Part shown: piece by piece, positions 12,780 to 23,882 of the stretch
How positions within the stretch are numbered: position 1 is the first letter of the stretch
Layout of the letters: every line of letters begins with the position of its first letter
Origin: Octopus sinensis
Taxonomy: Eukaryota
NCBI RefSeq assembly: GCF_006345805.1
Contig: NC_042997.1
Coordinates: 154,194,001 to 154,258,000 of the forward strand
Direction: 5' to 3'
Length of the DNA: 64,000 bases
Made by a program: the position numbers and the translations under genes
The notes under the pieces: model-generated
The model's database searches: none
What the model saw: the letters and a program-made list of their open reading frames with translations, nothing else
Told to the model about the DNA's origin: nothing

Positions 12780-14267
12780 TGGCTAAACTTGGGATTTTGG
12801 TGAGTGAACACAACTCTTTAATTCATATGCTACAAATGATCAAGATATCTGGACATTAAACATCTGCAAGACCTTCCTAATATCTAAAGGATAGTGTTTA
12901 AAATAGGTTGCTTTCCTTCACCCCTTGTTACCAAGTAAGGGTCCAGTCAAAATTTATTCTAACGTAAAAAGAGAAAGGGAAAATACATACATACATACGC
13001 AATTTGCTGCGACACAGTTTCCATCTACCTAATTTTACACAAGGCATTTGTAAGATGTAATCTATGGTAGACAACAGTTGTGCAAGGTATGACACAGTGG
13101 GTCGATCGGGAACCATGTAGTTTGAAGTTAACTCCATAACCACAATTATTCTTCTATCCTGTAGAATATGGAACAATATTTACTTGCTGTAAGGAAAGTT
13201 TCTATTCAAAAAACGAAATATATCAGTTAAATATAAACACTCACTTCAGAATTGCTTGATGCCTTTAAACATGATATGATCAATAAAAGTAACTGCCTTT
13301 TTCTCAGCATTTACTGTGAAGGTCTCCTGATAATGGGGTACATATAAGTGATTTGCTATTATACACTTTTCTTAATATCTGTGCTTGTTCGAGTCCCATT
13401 TACTTGCGTTCAAAATGAGTCCCATCATTACGAGACACCCTCCCTGTGTGGGACTATTTTACACAGAAGCTTTTCTGTTAAAGTGTGTTGGTGTGGTTTG
13501 AAAAAGATGGCCGACAGAGTAGGGTCATACTCATTGGCTTGTCTTTACGCAGTTGTTGTTGCTTATCCCCAATTCAGCCCAGTTCAAACAAATCTATGAT
13601 TAGATTAATGCCATGTTCCTACTTGAGCGTGCGGTCTACCGCAGTATTTGTGGTCCAGGTTGTCAAATGACCTGGTCTAAGTTAAGAATGGGGTTGGGAT
13701 TTAGGGTTGTGTTAGAGTTTTGGATTAGGGTTAGGGTTTAGGGTCAGTTAGAGTTAGAGATTTGGATTACAGTTACGGTTTACTGTAAGAGTTAACGTTA
13801 GGGTTAGACTTCACGCATAAAGTATATATGTCCAGGTAGACCGCATGCTAAAGAGGTGCCAATGACATTTCAGTCGCGATCTCCTCGCCTTTTAGAAATA
13901 TGTAGGGCTACAATATCCAAAATATTATTTCCTTATTTAATTTGGTAAAATGTGGTTAGGTGCAGAATAATCTACTTTTCTAATAGGTCATGTGACCACG
14001 TAGAGCCTCTCTGTTGAACTTTGAGGCAGCTATTTACTGTTTAAAGATATATTGAAAACTTTAAAACGTTTCTCTACTAAAATAACTGCAATGTCTATAG
14101 ATATTTGACCCAAACAAATACTTAGATATTATCTTATTATGATATCCATTTCTTATATAGCACAGAATAGACTGAAGATATGACTATATATGACTATGAA
14201 TGCTGAAATAAAAAAATATCACATCTCTATGCTTTTAAACATCTATATTTTTATCATTTCATTTTAG

Positions 14268-14455
14268 ATTGTGAGTGGTCTTAATGTTAATTGTGGCATA
14301 TACCTCCGATAAAACCCAAATATCAAGTTTTCAAGATATTATATTAGTTTTCTACGGAAAGAAAATTCGTGCGTTGTCATCTGTAACTATCCTTCTTAAA
14401 TTGTATTTTTACTGCGTTACTTCATTAGTATTGACTGGGGACCAAATAGAAAAAT
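14268..14455 (+). pseudogene. SLC38A7-like copy B, exon 3 homologue with 11-bp frameshifting deletion
   Basis: AG...GTAAGT bounded, 188 bp versus 199 bp in copy C; MLIVAYTSDKTQISSFQDII...GDQIEK. Confidence 0.8.
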
Positions 14456-15699
14456 GTAAGTAAATGTTATAATTTATAGTTTTTTTTAATGAACAGACCA
14501 TTGGGTGATATAATTTCTTTTTCCGATTAAACTTTATATCTTGATAAATTTGAACACTGTTCCAAGAATCCTTAAAAGTTTTCAGAAGTTTTATTTTGAT
14601 TGGACTGTAGCGTGTGGTTTGACAGGACTTGGTGGTAGTTAATATACATATTTATTGCCACAATTGTACGGGGCTTCATGAAAAACAGACAGCGTCAAAT
14701 TATAAAAAAATCCTCATGATTAAACTGATTTGCACACTGCTGCAAAAACGTATGGCGTTGATTCTTCATCATCTCCGTGCTGGTATATAGCTGTGAAAAT
14801 AGCTATTAGGAAAATCGCGCTGGTTTGAGTATGGAAATGTGAGAACAGCCTAAGAGGTAAATTTGTCTACGACTGAAGCGAGGGAAGACCGAATTGTTTC
14901 TGGTCAAAATCGTACCGAAATTGGTGTCTTATAAAGCCGTCGCTATAGGAATTTTCTACAATTACCACTTGAACACTTAACCCCCATTAACTGAAAACGG
15001 GGTATACATACATGATTAAAGCGAGAATCACATGCGACCGAACATGAAAAGGAAAATTAAATCAACCGCCATTGGACCGACTTTTACTTTATGAAGAAGT
15101 GCGTGCAGAAAGTCCATTTCATATTTAGTTTCTTTGAAGAAATAATTTCAGTTCAACCGCAGATTCGTTTTTAAGACATATTGCATTAACTCTGTAGATA
15201 ATAAAATCATAAGATTTCAATCCCATACCCATTTCGATCTAAGCTGATTCTTTTCAGGATGATGTAGAATTTCAAACCATTTATAAGAATTGAGGTAGAT
15301 ACAGAAAGACATTGAACTTTTTTTTTCTCTCTCTGTCTTAAAGTAGAAGTATAAATAGAGTGAAAGGATAAGAGCACAGCAGGATTTTCTTTTTCCCCGC
15401 TATAGGCTTTAGCGGCGATTCAGTTATTGCAGTATCGGGTAAACATCTTGGTTGAGCACGCATTCTCTTATTTTATTTGGTAATAAATGCATAGAGAACG
15501 AATTTTAAAATGTGTTTGCGGGAATTGTGCAAAGCAAGTTGTTACATTGAAAGTGTCAACCGAAGGTTATGTTTTGACTCTGCGTAGTGAGATATAGTTT
15601 GTTATTTTCCTTTTATATATTTTTTCTTCGCGTTCTTTATCATACGAAGTACTCCATTTATTATCGGTCGCTTTTACTTTCATTATTACTAACCAGAGG

Positions 15700-15905
15700 A
15701 CGGCAGCGAGTAGCGGAATCGTTATCACGCCGGGCAAAATGCTTAGCGGCATTTCGTCCGTCTTTACGGTCTGAGTTCAAACTCCGCCGAAGTTGACTTT
15801 GCCTTTGATCCTTTAGGGGTCAATAAATTAAATACCAGTTACGCACTGAGGTCAATGTAATCGACTAGACCCCTCCTCTCAAATTTCAGATCTTGTACTT
15901 AAAGT
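15700..15905 (+). mobile_element. tRNA-derived SINE
   Basis: ggcagcgagtagcggaatcgtt...gagttcaaactccgccgaagttgactttgcc, with A/B-box-like head. Confidence 0.8.
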
Positions 15906-16799
15906 AGAAAGGATTATTAATAAACCGAGGTCAGGCGGCGAGCTGGCAAAATCGTTAGCAAGATACTTAGCTTGCCTTTACGTCTTTGCATTGATTGAAA
16001 CTGCAATTGCATTTGAATTACCAATGATCATTCTAATCTGCATATATCTCGTTGCGCACTGCTGCTATGATCTATATTTCCGGTCATGTATCTATCAGAT
16101 TGTCGGGTATGCGTTTTACATTGATTTTAATGCTCTCCTTGAAGAAAGGTCTTTTCTTTTTGAAAGCCTTGCATCTTCTTCAAATAGGTGTCAGCTTTTA
16201 GGGTAAAGACCAATTTATTATCGCTAATCAATGATTTTCTTATTGCATCTTGTAACTAAATGAAAAATGACTAATATTTCCTTCAAACTTTGCTTTTGTT
16301 ACGATATTTATTCAAACTCCAAAAATTCCCTGTCAACACATGGCTATGATGTTCACCCACTACTCTTACTTATGATCAGAGATGCACATATTGTCCGGCA
16401 CTAATAGACATGCTCAAGTAGTTAAGGTTAAGCAAATGAGCAGCAAATCCGTGGTATTAAGCAGAATATTTGCTATAAAGAGATTTCTGCTCAGCAACTC
16501 AATGCTGACCCTGTCTGAAATGTTATAGAAAATAAGTCAGTTTCAAAGTGTTGATGTGCAGGCCACAAATGCAAAGTTTGAAGATAATAGTAGTCATTTC
16601 CTTTGATTTCTAGACAGAAGTAGATAGGAAATAACACTTACTGACCAAAGACAAAAAAGAGGCAAAAATTTCGTTACACAGTGCTATTTGCCGCTTGCTA
16701 GTGTTTTCAGGAAAAGATTTGAGAATATTTAATACAGAACAAACAAACAAACAAAATTATATCTATATACCATCAAAATATTTGTAATATTGATTTCAA

Positions 16800-16995
16800 A
16801 TTTTGGCACAAGGCCAGAAATTTCAGAGCGAGACAGATTGCTGATTACATCGACCCCAGTGTTCAACTGGTACTTACTTTCTTGTCCTCGAAACTATGAG
16901 AAACAAAGTCAACCGCGGCGTTGTTTGAACTCAGAACACAAAGACAGATGAAATGCCGCTAAGCCTTTTTGTGAGGCGTGCTAACATTTCTGCCA
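16800..16995 (-). mobile_element. tRNA-derived SINE
   Basis: Reverse complement of the same family (gcttagcggcatttc...gagttcaaac). Confidence 0.7.
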
Positions 16996-17202
16996 GTTCG
17001 GCACTTTAAGAGTATTTATAATATTAAAGATGGTTAAATTGAATACAAACTAGAATATGAATAAATTCTGAAATTGCATTCTAAAATGTCTACTTAACAA
17101 AACGGTTAATCCCGAAAAAAAATGTGATGTTTAAACAATTTACCTTTCTTTAAATTTTTTTGCTTTTGTTTCATTTTTATCTTTATTTATGTATTTATTC
17201 AC

Positions 17203-17341
17203 TTATAATTTTCATCAACCGTGACTTTTACTGCAATCAACAAGTATGGTATACACGAAGAGAGTTTATAACAGTAATTATTACGATAATCATCTTACCA
17301 TTAAACTTTCAAAAATTTACTAACTATCTGAAATATGTCAG
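17203..17341 (+). pseudogene. SLC38A7-like copy B, exon 4 homologue with dead acceptor (AC instead of AG)
   Basis: 139 bp, same length as copy C exon 4; VWYTRREFITVIITIIILPLNFQKFTNYLKYV; donor gttaat. Confidence 0.8.
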
Positions 17342-18129
17342 GTTAATTGTACAATACATTCTCATTTCGTATTTTATTTCTTAGAAAAAGATTATTGTTG
17401 TTGTTTTATGGCCAAAAAAAACCGACTGAGATTTTGTAATTACACAAACCTTTTATTTTATTAAACTTTACCATTTGGTACGTTCAGGAATCTCTTTTAC
17501 AAATATTAATTGGGCTAATTTTTACCCTGAACAAACAAGCTCCATTTATTATCAGTGGTCGTACTTAATTTATCTGCTATAAAACGCAAGAAGGCAATAA
17601 TAACTATAACTTAACCCCTAATTCTGCGTTATAAAACAAATTGCATTGACGCCTGCAATGTCTGTAACAAACATTTCGCACTACCATTCTGAAAGTAGTT
17701 AGAAATCGAGTTATGTGTTTAAAATTAAACTAAAAACAAGGGATCGGAGCGGAAATATCTAAAGCTAACACCACACGTTTTATGTTACAGAAAGCACATT
17801 TGTTATAAACTAACCACGGATCGCAACCTCAGTTCGAACGCTCTCGTATTTAGATGTATAGGTATAGGAGCACTCCGTCGGTTGCGATGATGAGTGTCCC
17901 AGCTGATACGATCAACAGAACAGCTTGCTCGTGATATTAACGTGCAAGTGGCTGAGCACTCCACAGATACGTGTACCCTTAACATAGTTCTCGAGGAGAT
18001 TCAGCGTGACACAGAGTGTCAAGAGACACAGAGTGTCAAGAGACACAGAGTGTCAAGAGACACAGAGTGTCAGGTACAAGAGAAACAGGAAGAAAGAGCG
18101 AGAGAAAGTTGTGGTGAGAGAGTACAGCA

Positions 18130-18275
18130 GGGTTCACCCACCCCCCTGCCGGAGCCTCGTGGAGCTTTAGGTGTTTTTGCTCAATAAACACTCACAATGC
18201 CCGGTCTGGGAATCGAAACCGCGATCCTCCGACCGCGAGTCCGCTGCCCTAACCACTGGGCCATTGCGCCTCCAC
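18130..18275 (-). mobile_element. tRNA-derived SINE 5' head
   Basis: Reverse complement gtggaggcgcaatggcccagtggttaggg...ggtttcgattcccagaccggg (A and B boxes) followed by a non-tRNA body. Confidence 0.75.
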
Positions 18276-18356
18276 AGAACGTATTTAGATGATTGAACTA
18301 GAGAGAAAACAAAAATATAGAAAACATTTTCGTATTCAGATAGAACTATGATAATA

Positions 18357-18698
18357 TTAAAAGAATACAGTTAATTTTAGTAGCTTTTGAGAATAATATT
18401 TTATTAAATCCGTTGTTTCCTGAGGATCATATATAAGGATTGTTGGAGAATTGAATTCAAAGTTTGAATCTTTTTCGATGGGCATCACAGGTAGAACACC
18501 AAAATTATGAAGGTCTAGAGAAAGACGAATGTGTTGTTGGTTTTGATGCAGGCCTCTACATTTGTCCCCATACCTTATTCTTAATAGCTTTCCTTTATTG
18601 TATTCCCTTCTTCTATCCTCATTTACAAGCAAGGCTACAATTTCATCTTCCTCTGGTGCCCACTTAAAGAAAAGATCTAGAAACTTTACACTTTTCAC
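18357..18698 (-). other. Unassigned open reading frame, possible exon
   Basis: 113 open codons in very AT-rich DNA, preceded by ttattttgaacag acceptor; no family recognised. Confidence 0.3.
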
Positions 18699-20685
18699 TG
18701 TTCAAAATAATTACACTTATCGAAACAGATTACATAATTTACAATTAACAAGTGCTGTACTTGAATTCTTAAAAAATTAGTAAAATACAAAGCAGAATTT
18801 AAGCCCAGATTTTCTTTCAAATAAATGAAGATATTTTTTATATTTATTATAGTACTGTCGGTACTGCAGCATTTCTGTATGTCAGCTTATTGGTTTTTGT
18901 GAAATATACACAAACACATTCATCTTCTAGTCCAGTCAAAACGCCGTAAGTTCTCCACTTCTTATATGCTCACTAACATTGTTCAATTCTTTTCCTTTCG
19001 TTAATCAAAATAATTGTTTTAGCAAATTTTCTCAAACTTGTCAGGTTATCAGAAATAAAAGAACAGGAGCTTAAAATACAACATTAGTACTTCGATTTGG
19101 TACATAGCTAGATTCCTCCAAGACAACACCTATTCAACATAATTCCATAAGAAATCAGCGTCAACGTAATTACTGCACAAAAATTCGACACTACTCAATA
19201 TAATTATACAATGCTCGGATACAGATCTAGTGTTTATTGTACGGTTTCCTTTTTCTGTGCACATTTCAGGCAGTTTCGGTTGGCAGCATTTCTTTTTAGA
19301 CTTTATTCTGAAATGGCAATGCTAGACTAGATTTTGAGAAAAGTGCTTATCCACCCTGGATGGCTCGAATAATGTCGATTTGTAGAATCTATGGCATGAA
19401 ATAGCAGACGTATCACCATTTGCTTGATTGGTAGAAAGCTGTCCGTTCCTGATAGCGACAAATGCCCAATATTGACCTTCACTTGATCCAGACAGCAGAT
19501 CAATGAAAGAAATTAATTGTGGAAAGACATGCCCAACGAATTCTAGCAACAGCTGTTCACTGTCCAAGAACCTCTATAGTGTAGACACCTTACGCTCTGA
19601 ATGTAGATACCTCACGCTCTGAGCGTATGATTCCAAATGGATCAGACTGGTGGCCATGAACCTCCGAAACGGCACCAAAACCAGCTACACTGAGAAGAGC
19701 CACTAAGTGTTATCGAAAGCTTTGAATTGATGCCAAGGGATTTGAGCCCCACTAGAGCAAGTTTTATTTTAGCCAACTTCGCAACGATGACTGGCATGAG
19801 GTGGAGGTGGTTGTGAATAAATCTGATGGAAATAGCACAAGTCTGTGCGCTTCTAGCTACACCAAGTACGACAAGCGTCAGTCTCTTCGCGAGCACTGCC
19901 CTGCACTAACTCTCAAAACTCTACATGCAGCAGAGCTATGGATCAGATGCTGTCCACGATATTTCCTTTGCTTGTGTCTTTCCTCTGTAACACCACACCT
20001 TGTCAGTCAACGCATCAGAGAATGTTCCCAGTTTTCAGCGTCATGGTAAACGTCTACGAAGTGTATGACACATACCCATAAAGCTCACTGAGATGAACAT
20101 TCAAACCAGATTTAATCCTCATAGTGTTACGCATCTCTAACCGTTTCTTATATACTGTTATCGTTCCTCTACTGCCAACAACTGTGAAAAGCTATCGAGT
20201 TGGTATTAAACCCGTTATCTCCGATCCGTTGTTATCTCTAAGCAGCCAGGAATTGTTCTAAAAAATGCACACATCTTCCTAGAATCGAATAGCACGTGCC
20301 GACAGCTATTCATCAAAATGGGAAGTTATTTTAACTCCGTGCCTTTTCTATCCAAACGCATTGAATGATTTGCTTACATCTGTGTCTAAAACCACACGAC
20401 TTAGCTTTGGAATCGCAATCTCCATGTTTCGCATCAAAGAAATAGTCAAAAGCTATCTTTGTCGTTGGTATGTATGTCGCAATGCAAATAGTGTTTTCCA
20501 ATCTGACTACTTTACATCTCTAATATATATGCTCTTTATTATTATTCTGATATATCCTGGCAATGAAATTTCGGAGTCAGAGAAATCTGAGTCAAAGGGA
20601 AGAGATAGGTGTGTGTACGCAAGTGAGTACTCATACGTGAGTATGTTTGTGTATGAGTGTGTACATGAATGTACGTATGGGTATG

Positions 20686-20721
<36 letters not shown>

Positions 20722-20798
20722 TATTTATGTCTATGTCTATGTAAAATGCAAAATAAAAAATGTATTTGAGTTTAACCGTTGCCTGTGAAAATAGAGAC

Positions 20799-20912
<114 letters not shown>

Positions 20913-21089
20913 GCGTGTGTGTGTGTAGATGGATAAACTTATATATGTGTAGACTGTAAGATTATACGTATATATGTGTGTGTATATGTGTTTATATGAT
21001 CGTGTGTGCTTGCACATATGTATAGGTAGGTTTATATTTGCATGTATGTATCTAAGATATATTTATTCACCGTTAGGTGTTGAAAGGAA

Positions 21090-22047
21090 CATATATATAT
21101 ATATATATAACCTTCGACAGAATAACAGATATACATACAACATGAAGAGACACACACATCAATACATAAACACATGTTTACATGTACATACAAGTCGCTT
21201 CTTAAATTTCCCACCTTTCTTCTTTAATAAACATTGAATTAAATTTGCAAAGCTGTTTATTTTCGATTTGTAATGTTTATTTTAGCGGGTTACCAAACTG
21301 AGAGTTTGGTCTTCCGGCTAAAACGGTTATGACAAATTTTAAAGTTTGTTTGACATTTTGTAAGTGTGAAAGGGATTAAAATTTCGATACTCCGTATCAA
21401 ATGTTCCGACAAGAATAGGCGGAAAATCAGAGCTTGAGACAAGAAGACACTTTCGTCCAATCAGAATTCTGTTTACATAATCAGTTTAGTCGATCATCTT
21501 CATTTGTCAGTTGAATAAAGTGTCATCCAAGCTGACGTTTATTGGTAATTAAATTTAATTTGCAACACCTGTGCGTATTTATCATCTTTGTTTTTATTGA
21601 TAATTCTTATCATCAACTTCTGTAATCGTGATTTAGGAGGACATACAACATTATGCTAAAGATGGGACATAATTTTTGTGAGCAAGAAATGTAAAATAAA
21701 GTTTATGTCGGAACATTTGATACGGAGTATCGAAATTTTAATCCCTTTCACACTTACAAAATGTCAAACAAACTTTGTAATTTAATAGCTTTTAATGTGA
21801 TACTTGTTAAACAGAAATTATTTTATCTGATGAAAATGTAATAAAATGTAATCATAAGTAAGTGAAATGACGCTAAATACAACTAAATTGGAAACCATTT
21901 TCCCCTGGCCAAAGCGGCAATTCTGAAAACTTTTTGGCGCGAATTTTACACGAGTAGAAGCTTTTTTTTAAACAATTTTTATCCCGAAAATCACCTGCGT
22001 AAATTACACAGTTGCGCAAATTACACTCGTCTAATAATATAGTCTTT

Positions 22048-22088
<41 letters not shown>

Positions 22089-23578
22089 TCTCTCTCTCTC
22101 TCTCTCATACACACACTCTCCCTCTTTCGTTTTCTCAATATATTAAGAAATGGTGGCCTAGCTACAGTGTGTGCCACCCGGGGTAGCCTTTGAGTTTGAA
22201 ACTCCCTCACCCTATATTCAGGCATATACAATATACCCAAAAGTGCCATCCCCATAAAAGAGTCCTTCCTCATAAAAATATCACTCGGTTTGAATCACCT
22301 CCGTGCCCTCTGGGGCACAAACTTGGGGAATTTTTAAACGAATGAATCGACCGCAGTAGTTATGTGTTCTTTTAGAATCTTGTGCTTAGTCTATCGCTAT
22401 GAAAGTTTCTCTAGATTAAAATATTATAAAAATTGAAATGAAATCATTTCCAGCTAGGGATATGTTACAGTGGAAATGAATTCTGTGGACTTTGAAAAAG
22501 TCTCACATAACGAAGATTTACTTTTAAAATTCTGATATTCAAAAAATATGGCAATTAATGATAGACCGACAAAAAATAATCCCGAAATAATAAAAAAAAA
22601 TACAAAGTCCAATGGTTGCATTGTATTTCCAGTCTTTTTTATTCCCTTTTGCTTTGTTATATCGGTAGAGGCAGATAGCTGAAAGTCAACCAGAAACATA
22701 AAAAAATTAATCAAGCTACAATACACGGGAGAAAAAAAAGTGAAGTTTATATAATAATCATTACACAGTATAACATAATTAAACTTTTTTTTTGTTGTCT
22801 TCAGTCAGTTAGTGTTGTTTCATATTTGCTTCTATCTTTGAATTAAAGGAAATAACTATTGCCTTCAGACTTTGCTTTTGTGACTTAGACATCAATATAG
22901 AAACTCGTCAACTTCAATTTCTATCTAGACAGAGGTTACCAAATATTAAAGGATTAACTTTTATTTCCGTATTTTGCAAAGTTTTGATGCAAAATCTTGT
23001 GTTGAAGGATCTATTATACTTTCTACGTTGTGTATAAATGTGCTTCTCGCAAGGAGAGGCAACTTAAATTTCATACTCCCGCAGAAACAGAGAAAATGCT
23101 TCCAAAATATACGCATCAACGAGTAAGAAGCCATAAGAATGGCAACAGCCACTTGCACGTCTCATTATAAAGATTACTATTTCTGAACTGATGCCTTGCC
23201 TTTGCCTTCCTTAATACTAAACTGAGAAGGATCAAACATAAGACAAATATTAAAGAGGATAACGAGTCTCCTTGGAAAATTCCTCTCTTGATATTAATCT
23301 TTCCTAAAACTGAGTAGAGATCTACTTTCCATTTCTTCATGCTAAAGTTAATTAATTCTCTTATGTTGTTTGCTTTGCTGAATATACTCAAACATTCATT
23401 TAAACATGAGTGTGAGATCATGTCATAAGCTTTCTTGTAATCTTTCCATGCTATTGTTCTTTCTAGCTTTTATTTCATTTCGAATTGCTTCATGGATCAT
23501 ACGTTCTTCTATCCTTCTTCCTGTAACCTTTCTGTTCTTCTGGCAGTAAAGTCTTGTTGTCAAGGTGCTCGTAAATGT
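21090..23578 (-). repeat. Segmental duplication arm 2 (inverted copy of 1255-5480, with deletion)
   Basis: Reverse-complement match; junction gaaatagtaa|tctttataa near 23170 joins arm 1 positions ~1654 and ~3339. Confidence 0.9.
22454..22678 (-). pseudogene. SLC38A7-like copy C, last exon (1-nt homopolymer frameshift)
   Basis: Same acceptor as copy A; T9 instead of T8 shifts ICLYRYNKAKGNKKDWKYNATIGL out of frame with IISGLFFVGLSLIAIFFEYQ. Could be a sequencing error. Confidence 0.6.
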
Positions 23579-23581
23579 TGT

Positions 23582-23654
23582 CAAGGACCTTGGAATATGA
23601 CCGCAAATTTCGATGCTTCATACTGTAGTAGATTGGAACAGAACTCACTTGTGC
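23582..23654 (-). pseudogene. SLC38A7-like copy C, 5' part of exon 6, truncated and fused to LINE RT
   Basis: ttgcag|AQVSSVPIYYSMKHRNLRSYSKVL resembles SLC38A7 CHVSSVPVFNSM; runs directly into IYEHLDNKTLLPEEQKG. Confidence 0.75.
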
Positions 23655-23714
23655 CTGCAATAGTAAATATTATTTGTTTATTTAATATATTCATTTAATA
23701 TATAATACAGTCGT

Positions 23715-23835
23715 AGTAAGAAGCTTGCTTCCCAATCACATGGTTCCGGTTTCAGTCACACTGAATGGCACCTCGGGCAAGTGTCTTCTAGTATAGCCTC
23801 AGGCCGACCAAAATCTTGTGAGAAACTGAAAGAAG
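23715..23835 (+). mobile_element. Octopus-type SINE, truncated
   Basis: tRNA-like head plus ggcaagtgtcttctagtatagcctcaggccgacc. Confidence 0.7.

Positions 23836-23879
<44 letters not shown>

Positions 23880-23882
<3 letters not shown>

Noticed and set aside
12056-12813. Long Leu/Thr/Tyr/Cys ORFs (up to 239 aa)
   Set aside because: Translation of the (GTAA/GCAA)n array; stop-free only because of its composition.
18008-18072. CRISPR-like palindromic repeats
   Set aside because: No unique spacers, eukaryotic context, no cas genes.
18190-18275. Possible tRNA gene (also other A/B-box hits)
   Set aside because: Continues into SINE body sequence with no acceptor-stem closure or terminator; these are SINE heads.
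19300-20560. Several 80-130-aa ORFs in a GC-richer block
   Set aside because: Stop-riddled in all frames and no recognisable motif; possibly an old element but not classifiable.
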